A stretch of 64,000 bases of DNA from Alphaproteobacteria bacterium (lineage in GTDB: Bacteria > Pseudomonadota > Alphaproteobacteria > UBA9219). This document shows, one piece after another, positions 30,434-40,430 of the stretch; within the stretch, counting starts at the first letter, position 1, and each line of letters begins with the position of its first letter. The stretch is taken from the NCBI GenBank assembly GCA_041908065.1, contig JAYRGC010000050.1, positions 21,718 to 85,717 on the forward strand. Direction: 5' to 3'. The position numbers were made by a program, and so were the translations under genes. The notes under the pieces are model-generated. The model was not told where the DNA came from, did not search any database, and saw only the letters and a list, made by a program, of their open reading frames with translations.

Positions 30434-31372
30434 ATGTCTCGTGCATACGGAGCTAACGCGCAGCTATTGGGTAAATTTGAAACCATCTACGGGTCTTCGC
30501 CCATCGGAAACTATATGAAGTTCCCGTTCGTGTCCTCGAACCTCGGCTCGGAGCAAGGTCTGATCGCCTCCGATCTTTTGGGGCAAGGCCGCGATCCGGC
30601 TCAGCCTATCCGCGATGTGATCAAGGTCGAGGGCGATATCGTCGTTCCGGTTGACGTTCGCAACTTCGGTTATTGGCTGAAAGCGCTGCTCGGCGCACCG
30701 GATACCACCGGCACGGGGCCGTATGTCCATACGTTCGACTCCGGTCTTTCGTCATTGCCCAGCCTGTCGCTCGAAGTCGGCATGCCGGAAGCGTCGGCGT
30801 TTTTCATGAACATGGGTGTGCGTATCGACTCTATGCAGCTGTCGTTTGCGCGCTCCGGCGCGGCCAACGCCACGTTGAACTGCGTCGCGCAGGGTGAAAG
30901 CCGTGCGGCTGCCAGCTCGGGAGGCACGCCGACAACGTCTTTGCTGACTCGCTTTAACCAGTTCCAAGGCTCAATCAAACGGAACGGAACAGCGCTCGGC
31001 AACGTCACGGGAGCGCAGCTGACCTATAGCAACAATCTTGAACGCATTGAGACGATCCGTTCGGACGGCAAAATCGACGGGGCCGACCCGACGATTGCCG
31101 CTCTGACGGGAACCATCGAGGTGCGTTTCGCGGACACGACGCTGATCGACACGGCGACCAACAACACGCCCATCGAGTTGGAGTTCGGTTACGTTATCGA
31201 CGCCGACCATTCGCTTATCTTCACGGCGCATGAAGTCTATCTGCCCAAGCCCAAACTGGCCGTCACAGGCCCTGGCGGCGTTCAGGCCAGCTTCAACTGG
31301 CAGGCCGCGAAGCCGAGCGTCGGCCAGATGCTGACGGTCGCGCTCACCAACGATGTCGAGGACTACGCATGA
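30434..31372 (+). CDS. Major tail (tube) protein, siphovirus type
   Basis: 312 aa, immediately upstream of the frameshifting chaperone pair and tape measure. Confidence 0.55.
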   Translation: MSRAYGANAQLLGKFETIYGSSPIGNYMKFPFVSSNLGSEQGLIASDLLGQGRDPAQPIRDVIKVEGDIVVPVDVRNFGYWLKALLGAPDTTGTGPYVHTFDSGLSSLPSLSLEVGMPEASAFFMNMGVRIDSMQLSFARSGAANATLNCVAQGESRAAASSGGTPTTSLLTRFNQFQGSIKRNGTALGNVTGAQLTYSNNLERIETIRSDGKIDGADPTIAALTGTIEVRFADTTLIDTATNNTPIELEFGYVIDADHSLIFTAHEVYLPKPKLAVTGPGGVQASFNWQAAKPSVGQMLTVALTNDVEDYA

Positions 31373-31716
31373 TCCGGCTTGATCTTAAGCGCGAGCCTTT
31401 TTGGCTCGATCTCGGTTATGGCGTGCGCCTGCATGTTCGCCCTGCGACATCGGCGCTTGTTATGGCCGCGCGGGTCTCGGCTCTGAAAGAAACGCAAGGG
31501 GACGCCGACGCCGGAACGCGTAGCGCGGCGCTCCTCAAGCGTCTTGCGGAGCTGGCCGTGGTCGCATGGGAAGGCGTGGGCGACAGCGAGGACAACCTCG
31601 CCGAAGTCACGCCGGAAGCCGTTTCGGCGTTGATGGACTTGTGGCCCATTGCAGACGCGTTCGAGCGTCTCTATCTCGGCCCCTCGCTCCTGTTGGAGCA
31701 GGAAAAAAACGCCTAG
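31369..31716 (+). CDS. Tail assembly chaperone (G-like, short form)
   Basis: Lies between major tail and tape measure; ends with slippery heptamer A_AAA_AAC at 31704-31710. Confidence 0.6.
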   Translation: MIRLDLKREPFWLDLGYGVRLHVRPATSALVMAARVSALKETQGDADAGTRSAALLKRLAELAVVAWEGVGDSEDNLAEVTPEAVSALMDLWPIADAFERLYLGPSLLLEQEKNA

Positions 31717-32066
31717 AGGCTCGCTGCAAATGGCACTTCGGCGGCGGGCCGGATTATTGCTGCTCGTGCGCCGAAAACGGTTTGCCGTGCTCGAAAGGAG
31801 AAACCAACGAGCACGGCAACCGCTGCCCCTACGCCGAGACCGAGCCGCAAACGATGGAAGGCTGGCAAGCGTGGGACGTTGCCCTGCGCTGTGCGGGTCA
31901 GCTTCGCACGGCGCAGCTTGCCGTCATCGGCATCGACATGAACGCCGCCATCCGTATCGGAGAATCCCTCGGCTACGACCCGACCGGACTGGTCGAACTT
32001 CTCCCCGCCTGCGAGTCAGGGATGGTTTCCGCAATCAACGCAAAAGTTAATGAGGGCTTAAAGTAA
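31369..32066 (+). CDS. Tail assembly chaperone, -1 frameshift fusion product (GT-like)
   Basis: A -1 slip at AAAAAAC joins to ORF 31566..32066 (KKRLEARCKWHFGGG...), which has no own start and ends at the TMP start. Confidence 0.5.
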
Positions 32067-34606
32067 TGCCCGAACGCAATCTTGCAATCCGGCTGTCCGT
32101 CATGGACGGTGGCAAGGTCAAGGCCGAGTTGAAAGAGATCGGGGAGTCCGGCGAGAAGTCGCTCAAGAAGATTGAGCTTGCCGGACAACCCGCCTCCAAA
32201 AGCCTGATCGCCCTGAACGCCGCCGCGAACGATATGAAAGGCGCGGCGATTGGTCTGTCCAGCCAGATGGGGCCGGTCGGCGCGGGGCTGGCCGCGCTGG
32301 GGCCTGCGGGACTTGCGGCTGGGGCAGCCCTTGGCGCTTTGGCTCTGATCTTCAAGCAGAGCTACGAAGAAGCGGCGCTCGCCGAGCAGACCTTCAACCG
32401 TTTGCAAGGCGTGCTCAAAGCCACGGGTTATGCCTCCGGCCTGACGGGCAAAGAAATCGCCGACATGGCCGAGCAGATGGAGCATTCGACGCTGACCAGC
32501 GCCGAAGACGTCAAAAGCGCCGCCGCGATCATGGCGACGTTCCGTTCCGTCTCCGGCGACACGTTCAAACAGACGATCCATTTGGCGCAGGACATGTCGT
32601 CCGTGTTCGGGCAGGATCTGCGCTCGTCCGCCACGCAGCTTGGCAAGGCTCTGGAAGACCCCGTGGAAGGCCTGACGGCCCTAAAGCGCGTGGGCGTATC
32701 GTTTTCGGATTCTCAAAAAGACGTTATCAAGACGCTTGTCGAGACGGGACAAAAGGCCGAAGCGCAAAAGATGATCCTCGCCGCCCTGCAAGAACAGGTC
32801 GGCGGCGCGGGACAAGCGGAAACGCAAGGGCTGACTGGCGCGACGCATCGCCTGTCGGTCGCTTGGGGCGATATGCTCAAGGCCATCGGCCAGACCGAAA
32901 CCGTGGGCGGCACGGCGATGGGCGTGCTGGCCAAGCTGGCCTCTACTTTCGAAGTGACGACCGAGTGGTTCAGCAAGGCCCCGCTTGATGTCCAGTTGCG
33001 AAAGGCTAAAAACGAACTGGCCGAAGTGCAAAAGCAGCTCGAATGGCTTCAAAACCTGCCGCCGATTGTCCAGCCGCTTTATAAAGACAACACAGCGTTC
33101 CGGCAAAAGAAAGCCGCCGAGCTGACGGCGGAAATCGAACGCCTGACCAAGGCCGAACAAGCCGAAGCCGACGAACGCGCCAAAGCTGATGCCGGTCGCG
33201 CCGCCGCCGAAAAGGAAGGCCGCGCCGATCTTTTGCTCACGACGCGCAAGGGCATCGACGAGGCTTTGGCTAAACTCGTGGACAATCCTGTCGAGAAAAT
33301 CGCCAAAATCAACGAGGAACTGGCCAAGACCAAACAGCGCATCGAAACTCTTCGGGAAAAGGACAACAGCAACGGCGGCGATATCGATGTCGCCGTCAAG
33401 CAAGCCGAGGAACTTGCCCGTCGCCAGATCGCAGCCGTGCAAAAGCCTCTCGACGAGGCGGCAAAGAAAGAGGCCGAGACAAACCAGAAGGTCATCGACG
33501 ACCTGAAACGGCAACTTCTCGGAATGGTCAATGAACGGCAGGCCTTTATCGATCAGGCCGTCAGCCGCCTGTCGGAAAAAGCCGGAGACGCCGATAAAGC
33601 CAAGACGCGCGCGCTGGCGGGCGATTTGTTCGATCAGAAAACTTTTGCCGATACGAAAAAGGTTCTCGACGACCTCACGCGCCAGATCGAAAAGACGACC
33701 GATAAGAAGCAATCTTTTGTTGATGAATATCTTTCGCGGCTTCCTAAGGGCGCGACGCAGGCCGAGATCGACCAGACCAAAAAGCTTGCCGCCGTCACCT
33801 ATGACCAAATCCAAGCGCGCGAGAAGCTCGACAAACTAAAGGAAGAAGGCAAGCAGCTTACCGACAGCGACAAAAGCTCAACAGAGGCCTACGCCAACCA
33901 GATCGCGCATCTGACTGAAATGCTGAATGCGGGCGCAATCAGTCAGGAAGTCTTCAACAAGGCAAAAGACAAAGCCTATGATGAGCAACTGGGCGGGCGC
34001 ACGGATGCGCAGGCCGGAGCAATCCGCGCCTTCCGCGCCTATCAGAAAGAAGGCGAAAATGCGGCTGGCGCGGTCGAGAAAGCGTTCACGAGCGCCTTGA
34101 AAGCAACCGAGGACGCCATTGTGGACATGGTCACGAAGGGCGAGATCAGCCTGAACAGCCTCAACGATCTGGCCAACAGCATCGTCGCCGACATCACGCG
34201 CATGGTCGTGCAGCAATCCATCACGGGGCCAATTGCCAAATGGTTAAGCGGCGCGATGGAGTCGGGCGGCAATGGCGGGAGCATCCTCGACGATATCTTC
34301 GGCGCGATCTTCCACGAAGGTGGCGTTGCGGGCGAAACAGCCCCCTCGCGGCAAGTGCCGTCGTTCATCTTCGCTGGTGCGCCGCGCTATCACAGCGGCG
34401 GGATCGCGGGACTTCAGCCCGGCGAAATCCCCGCCATCTTGCAGCGCGGCGAAGTCGTGCTGCCTAAAAACAGCGGTCGGGGAAGCTCCCCCATAAATGT
34501 CGTCATGCACATCTCGACACCCGACGCCAACTCCTTCCGCGCAAGCCAGGCGCAGGTGGCGGCGGAAGCGGCGCGCGGCATCGGGCGCGCGCGCAGGAAT
34601 CTTTAA
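32066..34606 (+). CDS. Tail tape measure protein
   Basis: 846 aa, long coiled-coil (EIERLTKAEQAEADERAKADAGRAAAEKE...), position after chaperones. Confidence 0.75.
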   Translation: MPERNLAIRLSVMDGGKVKAELKEIGESGEKSLKKIELAGQPASKSLIALNAAANDMKGAAIGLSSQMGPVGAGLAALGPAGLAAGAALGALALIFKQSYEEAALAEQTFNRLQGVLKATGYASGLTGKEIADMAEQMEHSTLTSAEDVKSAAAIMATFRSVSGDTFKQTIHLAQDMSSVFGQDLRSSATQLGKALEDPVEGLTALKRVGVSFSDSQKDVIKTLVETGQKAEAQKMILAALQEQVGGAGQAETQGLTGATHRLSVAWGDMLKAIGQTETVGGTAMGVLAKLASTFEVTTEWFSKAPLDVQLRKAKNELAEVQKQLEWLQNLPPIVQPLYKDNTAFRQKKAAELTAEIERLTKAEQAEADERAKADAGRAAAEKEGRADLLLTTRKGIDEALAKLVDNPVEKIAKINEELAKTKQRIETLREKDNSNGGDIDVAVKQAEELARRQIAAVQKPLDEAAKKEAETNQKVIDDLKRQLLGMVNERQAFIDQAVSRLSEKAGDADKAKTRALAGDLFDQKTFADTKKVLDDLTRQIEKTTDKKQSFVDEYLSRLPKGATQAEIDQTKKLAAVTYDQIQAREKLDKLKEEGKQLTDSDKSSTEAYANQIAHLTEMLNAGAISQEVFNKAKDKAYDEQLGGRTDAQAGAIRAFRAYQKEGENAAGAVEKAFTSALKATEDAIVDMVTKGEISLNSLNDLANSIVADITRMVVQQSITGPIAKWLSGAMESGGNGGSILDDIFGAIFHEGGVAGETAPSRQVPSFIFAGAPRYHSGGIAGLQPGEIPAILQRGEVVLPKNSGRGSSPINVVMHISTPDANSFRASQAQVAAEAARGIGRARRNL

Positions 34607-35206
34607 ATGACCTTCCACGAAGTCCAGTTTCCACCCGATATCGCCTATGGGGCGCAAGGCGGGCCGGAGTATCTGACAACCGTGGTCGCGATGGCATCCG
34701 GTTACGAGCAGCGGAACGTGAACTGGGCGGCGGCGCGAGGCAAATGGAACGTCGCCTCAGGACTGAAGCACCAATCGCAACTCGATACGCTGATCGCGTT
34801 CTTCCGTGCGCGCAAGGGCCGTGCCTATGGGTTTCGGTTCAAGGATTGGACGGACTATAAAGCGACAGAACAGGCGCTTGGCGTTGGCGATGGGACAAAC
34901 AAGAGTTTTCAACTCGTAAAAGCCTATGTCTCCGGCGCTGGCAACGACACGCGCACGATCAAGAAGCCCGTGCAAGATACCGTGGTGCCGTATCTGGCAG
35001 GCGTCAAGCAAACATCTGGCTGGTCTGTGAGCACGATGACCGGCGTGCTGACGTTCCTTGTCGCGCCAGCCCAAGGCGTGGCCGTGACAGCCGATTTTGA
35101 ATTCGACGTTCCCGTTCGCTTCGACACCGACAGTATGGCCGTGACGATTGAGCAAATCGACCTGCATCAATGGTCGGACATTCCCATCGTAGAAATCCGC
35201 GTCTGA
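34607..35206 (+). CDS. Distal tail protein, DUF2460 / RcGTA g12-like
   Basis: MTFHEVQFPPDIAYGAQGGPEY...GYEQRN pattern typical of TIGR02217/DUF2460. Confidence 0.55.
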   Translation: MTFHEVQFPPDIAYGAQGGPEYLTTVVAMASGYEQRNVNWAAARGKWNVASGLKHQSQLDTLIAFFRARKGRAYGFRFKDWTDYKATEQALGVGDGTNKSFQLVKAYVSGAGNDTRTIKKPVQDTVVPYLAGVKQTSGWSVSTMTGVLTFLVAPAQGVAVTADFEFDVPVRFDTDSMAVTIEQIDLHQWSDIPIVEIRV

Positions 35207-35207
35207 C

Positions 35208-36050
35208 ATGAAATCCGCCACTTCCCAACTTTCCGCGCACCTTGCGGGCGAGACGACCACGCTTGCGACCTGCTGGAAGGTCACGCGGCGCGACGGCGAG
35301 GTGTTCGGTTTTACGGATCACGATTTCGATCTGACCGTCGAAAGCCAGATTTATGAAGCGCGGACAGGCTATACGCGCTCCGCCGTGCATGCGATTTCTG
35401 ACTTGTCGGTCGACAACCTCGATATCGAAAGCGCACTGGACAGCGAGACGCTAAACGCCGCTGACCTGCGCGCGGGCGTATGGGATGGGGCCGAGGTGGA
35501 AATCTTCCTCGTCAACTGGTTGGCTCTATCGCAAGGCAAGATTATTCTGAAGCGTGGAACCATCGGACAAGTCGATCTGAAGGACACGGTCTTTAAAGCC
35601 GAACTGCGCGGCCTGACGCAGGCCTTGTCGCAGCAGATCGTCGAACTCTACACGCCTGACTGCCGCGCCGATCTGGGCGACAGCCGATGCAAGGTCGAAC
35701 TGGCGGCGCTGACTGTCGCGGGTAGCGTTACGGCTTCCGATGACAGATACGGCTTTACGGACACATCCCGCACCGAAGCCGATGGATACTGGAACGGCGG
35801 GCTTGTGACGTGGACAGGCGGCGCGAATGCCGGACGCAAGATGGAAGTCGGCACGTTTGCCGCTGGCGCGTTCACGTTGTTTCTGCCCATGCCATCCGAG
35901 ATCGCCGTGGGCGATACCTATGCGCTTCGCCCCGGATGCGACAAATCGTTTGCAACCTGCAAATCCCGTTTCAACAACGTTTTGAACTTTCGCGGCGAGC
36001 CGCATGTGCCCGGCAGCGACAAGGTTCTGACCTATCCGGATCAAAAATGA
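35208..36050 (+). CDS. Tail hub protein, DUF2163 / RcGTA g13-like
   Basis: TLATCWKVTRRDGEVFGFTDHDFDL typical of the DUF2163 N-terminus. Confidence 0.55.
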   Translation: MKSATSQLSAHLAGETTTLATCWKVTRRDGEVFGFTDHDFDLTVESQIYEARTGYTRSAVHAISDLSVDNLDIESALDSETLNAADLRAGVWDGAEVEIFLVNWLALSQGKIILKRGTIGQVDLKDTVFKAELRGLTQALSQQIVELYTPDCRADLGDSRCKVELAALTVAGSVTASDDRYGFTDTSRTEADGYWNGGLVTWTGGANAGRKMEVGTFAAGAFTLFLPMPSEIAVGDTYALRPGCDKSFATCKSRFNNVLNFRGEPHVPGSDKVLTYPDQK

Positions 36051-36493
36051 CGATCACACGCGAAGATGTTGTATCCGAAGCCCGCACATGGCTCGGCACG
36101 CCGTTCAAGCATCAAGGTTGCCTGAAAGGCGTGGCCTGCGATTGCATCGGCCTCGCCAAAGGCGTCGGGCTTGCGCTGGGACTAATCGATTACGATCCAA
36201 CCTCGCCGGAGGCTCTGGCCTATGCCAATTACTCTATGCTTCCGGACAGCAAACGCATGCGGGAGGGCCTGGGCAAGTGGCTCGTTCCGATCCCTGTGCC
36301 GGAAGCGACCTTGGCCGACATTCTCTTTATGGCGTGGGGCCGCGAGCCGCAGCATGTGGCGTTGATTACCGATAAAGGCATCATTCACAGCTATTCCGGC
36401 GTCGGCAAAGTCGTGGAGCACAGCCTTGATGAGCGCTGGCAGCGTCGCGTGACGGCTGCTTATCGTTATCCGTACTTTTCCGAGAAGTCGTAA
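36047..36493 (+). CDS. NlpC/P60-family cell-wall peptidase (RcGTA g14-like)
   Basis: Catalytic Cys context GVACDCIGLAKGV. Confidence 0.6.
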   Translation: MTITREDVVSEARTWLGTPFKHQGCLKGVACDCIGLAKGVGLALGLIDYDPTSPEALAYANYSMLPDSKRMREGLGKWLVPIPVPEATLADILFMAWGREPQHVALITDKGIIHSYSGVGKVVEHSLDERWQRRVTAAYRYPYFSEKS

Positions 36494-39400
36494 TGGCCAT
36501 TCTCGCTCTCGGTCTCGCTGGTGCCGGACTGACTTCCGCTATCGGCATCGGCGCGTCCATCGGATGGATGGGCGGCGTGATGCTCGGCAATCTTCTGTTC
36601 GGAAGCGGGAACAAAGGACAGACGGTTGAAGGGCCGAAACTCAATGACCTTTCCGTTCAGACTTCTACCTACGGCTCGCCCATACCGTTGCTGTACGGCA
36701 CGATGCGAACGGCAGGCAATGTCATCTGGTCGACCGATCTCAAAGAAACGCGTCACGAACAACACCAGCGCGGCGGCAAAGGCGGCGGTGGTGGAGGCTC
36801 GACACAGATCAGCTATACCTATTCGGTGTCGTTCGCGGTGGGGCTGTGCGCGGGGTCTGTCTCCACGGTTCGCCGCATCTGGGCGGACACGAAGCTCATC
36901 TACGATGCCACGGCTTCGAACACGCAAGCGATGGAGAAATATCCGGGCGTCGTGCGCATTCATACGGGCGGCGAGGATCAGCAGCCGGACAGCACCATCG
37001 AGATGCACGAGGGCGTCGGCAACGTGCCCGCCTATCGGGGGCTGTGCTATCTGACCTTTACCGACCTGCAACTGGCCGACTTCGCCAATCGCATCCCGAA
37101 CGTCAGCGCCGAAGTCGTCGGCACGGGGGCGATGGACTGCAACGCGGTCATCCTGCCCAAGGTATCGCAGATGTACCGCGACGGCGGCGTGATCGACGCG
37201 GCGCGCGGCACGTTGATCGGCCTCGGGATCAACAAGATTTTCAAATACGACCTCGTTGGCAACCGGCTGTTGCTGCAGGCTCCGTTGTCCTCGGGCGATA
37301 TCTACGGCGATCTGGCGGGCATCGACAGCGAGGGTTATTATTACCACGCCACGGATGCCTACGGCGTGGGCATGCATCTGGCTAAGCGGCATCCGGACTC
37401 GCTGGCGATGGTCGCCAAGACGACCAAGCGCGTCGATTTCAGCGTCAGCGGCACGGTCATGGGCGGGCTGATCTTCGTGCATCGCTCGCGCAAGGTCTAC
37501 GATCTGGACTTTTCTCTTATCGCCGATCTTTCTGACATCTTTCCGTTTCCGGGAACCTATTACGGCGAAACGCCCATCTGCCGCGATGGCGGCGGAACCT
37601 ATTGGCAGGCGTCCTATGGCGTGCTGCGCAATTCTGACGGAGCAACAAGCGATATATCGTCCTTGACCGGCAACGTCGTGCCCGACGCCATCTTCTGGGA
37701 CGACTTTACGGGGCACCTGTTTATCCGGCTCGATCTGGCGGGACGGCTGATCAAGTGGGATCCGTCGAGCGGCTATGCCGGTCATCTCGACGGCGTGGCG
37801 CTGGGCGCGGGCTGGACGCTGCAATCGCATTACAACTTTCCGCTGAACGGCAGACTATGGGCAGCGGCGGGCACAGAAGCCCAGTTGATCGATCTCGTCA
37901 GCATGCGGATCGAGAAGACCATCGACCTGTCGCCCTATCTGCCGAGCACGTCCACGCACTTCAGCGGCTGTTACGAGAAGTTCACGCACAGCGTCGTGAT
38001 TATGACCGACGCGGGCGAGATCAAATATCCGTTGGAGCGGTATGGATCGGATAGCACATCACTGGCCGATACCATCGAGGACATTTGTCTTAAAGCGGGT
38101 CTGCAAACGACCGACCTTTTGGTCAATGAAGTCAGCCAACCCTTGCGGGGCTACATCGTCAACAACCGCATGGCCGCGCGGGACGCGCTGGAGCCGTTGC
38201 TCGGCGCTTTCTTCGTGGACGCGGTCGAGACGGACGGCGTTTTGAAGTTCAAGCCGCGCGGTGGAACGTCGGCTGCGTCTGTTCCTTATAATGATCTCGG
38301 CGCGGTGGAAGGATCGAACAACGATGCACCCTTGCGCGTCACCGAAACCCGCAAGCAGGACGTCGAACTTCCCCAGCGCATCGACCTGACGCATATCGAT
38401 CCCGACAGGGACTTTCAGACCAACACCCAGCACGCCGCGCGGATCGCGGGCATCGCGCCGACGTTGAACAAAGAAACGGTTCAACTGACCATGAACCTGA
38501 CGGCAGATGATGCCGCGCAGATCGCGGACATGACGCTGCGCAATGCGTGGATCGAGCGCAACAGCTATACCTTCGACCTGCCGCCCAAATGGTTGCGGCT
38601 TGATCCGGCGGATGTGATCGAAGTCGAGTTGCAGGACGCCGTTTTGACCCTGCGCCTCAACCAGGTGGATTTCGGCGGCAACAACATCGTGGCCTGCAAG
38701 GCCGTGGCCGAGGACGAGATATCTTATGTCTCGAACGCGAAAGGCGCCAACGTCGCCTTGCCCTCGATCCCCATCGGCATTGCCGCACCGGTCTCATTGT
38801 TCCTTATGGACGCGCCCATGCTGCGGGTCGAGGACGACGGAATCGGACTTTATTATGCTTTCGGCCTACGCAACAGCAGCAGCGCTTCGCTGTACCGCTC
38901 ACCGGACGAGCTGGCTTGGAGTATTGTCGGCACAGGCATCAACGCTCCCGCCTTCGGATGGGCGGCGAGCATTCTGGCCGACACGCCGCGCCCATGGACG
39001 TGGGATGAGGACAACAAGGTTCAGATTGCCCTCGCGCACGGCTCGCTGGACAGCAAGACGGCGCTGGAGGTTTTGAACTGGGGCAACGCCGCGCTGCTGG
39101 GCGGCGAGATCATCCAATGGCGCAATGCGACCTTGCTGTCCGAAGGACTTTACGAGCTATCGGGTCTTTTGCGCGGACGCAGGGGCACCGAAGAAGCCAC
39201 CGCCTCGCACAAGGCGGGGGAGAAGTTCGTCGTGCTGGCGAGCGAAGGCCTTTACCGCATACCGTTGCCGTCCACCGAGATCGGCAAGACTTCCTATTAC
39301 AAGGCCATGGTGTCGGGTGGGAACTGGGACGACGCGCCGGAGATCAGCCAGACCTTCAACGCCGCCAGCCTACGCTGCTTCTCGCCAGTGTATATCACAG

Positions 39401-39696
39401 GGAGCCGCAACGGCGCGGGCGATCTTACGATCACCTGGATGCGCCGGACGCGATGGTATGGCGAGTGGCTGGACAACGTGGACGTTCCGTTGTTTGAGGA
39501 CGAGGAATTGTATCAGATCGACATCCTCAACGGAGAGAATGTTGTGCGAACGTTATCGGTTGATACCACGACCGCGACTTATACCGCCGCCGAGCAGACC
39601 GCCGACTTCGGCGCGGCGCAGTCCGTTCTTGCCGTCGCCATTTATCAACTCAACGCCATCATCGGACGCGGCACTGCCGGAAAGGTAATCGTATGA
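36493..39696 (+). CDS. Large host-specificity / tail tip protein (RcGTA g15-like)
   Basis: 1067 aa; N-terminal Gly-rich hydrophobic segment MAILALGLAGAGLTSAIGIG; sits after the NlpC/P60 gene as in GTA-type tails. Confidence 0.6.
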   Translation: MAILALGLAGAGLTSAIGIGASIGWMGGVMLGNLLFGSGNKGQTVEGPKLNDLSVQTSTYGSPIPLLYGTMRTAGNVIWSTDLKETRHEQHQRGGKGGGGGGSTQISYTYSVSFAVGLCAGSVSTVRRIWADTKLIYDATASNTQAMEKYPGVVRIHTGGEDQQPDSTIEMHEGVGNVPAYRGLCYLTFTDLQLADFANRIPNVSAEVVGTGAMDCNAVILPKVSQMYRDGGVIDAARGTLIGLGINKIFKYDLVGNRLLLQAPLSSGDIYGDLAGIDSEGYYYHATDAYGVGMHLAKRHPDSLAMVAKTTKRVDFSVSGTVMGGLIFVHRSRKVYDLDFSLIADLSDIFPFPGTYYGETPICRDGGGTYWQASYGVLRNSDGATSDISSLTGNVVPDAIFWDDFTGHLFIRLDLAGRLIKWDPSSGYAGHLDGVALGAGWTLQSHYNFPLNGRLWAAAGTEAQLIDLVSMRIEKTIDLSPYLPSTSTHFSGCYEKFTHSVVIMTDAGEIKYPLERYGSDSTSLADTIEDICLKAGLQTTDLLVNEVSQPLRGYIVNNRMAARDALEPLLGAFFVDAVETDGVLKFKPRGGTSAASVPYNDLGAVEGSNNDAPLRVTETRKQDVELPQRIDLTHIDPDRDFQTNTQHAARIAGIAPTLNKETVQLTMNLTADDAAQIADMTLRNAWIERNSYTFDLPPKWLRLDPADVIEVELQDAVLTLRLNQVDFGGNNIVACKAVAEDEISYVSNAKGANVALPSIPIGIAAPVSLFLMDAPMLRVEDDGIGLYYAFGLRNSSSASLYRSPDELAWSIVGTGINAPAFGWAASILADTPRPWTWDEDNKVQIALAHGSLDSKTALEVLNWGNAALLGGEIIQWRNATLLSEGLYELSGLLRGRRGTEEATASHKAGEKFVVLASEGLYRIPLPSTEIGKTSYYKAMVSGGNWDDAPEISQTFNAASLRCFSPVYITGSRNGAGDLTITWMRRTRWYGEWLDNVDVPLFEDEELYQIDILNGENVVRTLSVDTTTATYTAAEQTADFGAAQSVLAVAIYQLNAIIGRGTAGKVIV

Positions 39697-40418
39697 CACA
39701 ATCGCCCAATCTTCTGATCGACCATATCGCCGCAAGCCAGGCGCAGAAAGAAGTGACGGCCAACGCCGCCTTCGACGCGCTGGACAAGGCGCTCTGCCAA
39801 TTTACAAGCATCGCGTTGGCGGACGCCGATCTCACGCTGACCGACGCGCAGATGCTCGGCAACATGGCGTTGAAGTTTACGGGCACATTGACGGCTTCCA
39901 GAACAATCACCGTTCCAGCGCACGCGAAAATGCTGTTTGTCGATAACGCCACAACAGGCGGATTCTCGCTGTCCGTCAAAGTCCCCTCCGGCACGACATT
40001 CTCAATCGGCGGCGGTGAGCGCAAACTTCTCTACTGCGACGGCACGGATTTCAAGATCGTGGCCGAAGCCGGTGTTTCTGCGCCCTATGACGTTGGTGGA
40101 TCGTTCGTCGGCAAGCCGACCGCCGGAGCCATCATTCTGCGCTTTCCTATGCCGCGCACTGTGCGTTTTCTATCCGGCATGACTTTGAGTAAGTGTGTAG
40201 CCGCAACGGCGGCAACAGCGGCGGTATCGTTTTCGATCCGCAAGAACGGCGGACAATTTGCCACCATGAACTTTGCCGCAGGAGCGACAAGCGCGACCTT
40301 CACCTGCGCGACCACGACAGACTTTGCTGCGGGCGACGTATTGACGCTCGTCGCCCCATTAACGCCCGACGATACGCTGGCCGACATCGGCTTCGCGCTG
40401 GCGGGACTTCGCATTTAA
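39693..40418 (+). CDS. DUF2793-family phage protein (tail fibre/head spike associated)
   Basis: N-terminus MTQSPNLLIDHIAASQAQKEVTANAAFDALD matches the DUF2793 consensus start. Confidence 0.5.
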   Translation: MTQSPNLLIDHIAASQAQKEVTANAAFDALDKALCQFTSIALADADLTLTDAQMLGNMALKFTGTLTASRTITVPAHAKMLFVDNATTGGFSLSVKVPSGTTFSIGGGERKLLYCDGTDFKIVAEAGVSAPYDVGGSFVGKPTAGAIILRFPMPRTVRFLSGMTLSKCVAATAATAAVSFSIRKNGGQFATMNFAAGATSATFTCATTTDFAAGDVLTLVAPLTPDDTLADIGFALAGLRI

Positions 40419-40430
40419 GGAGAAAAGCTC

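Noticed and set aside
32681-33814. 377-aa minus-strand ORF
   Set aside because: Antisense to the tape-measure gene. Leu/Arg-rich mirror translation of a coiled-coil coding region.
36466-37830. 454-aa minus-strand ORF
   Set aside because: Antisense to the large host-specificity gene. No motifs.
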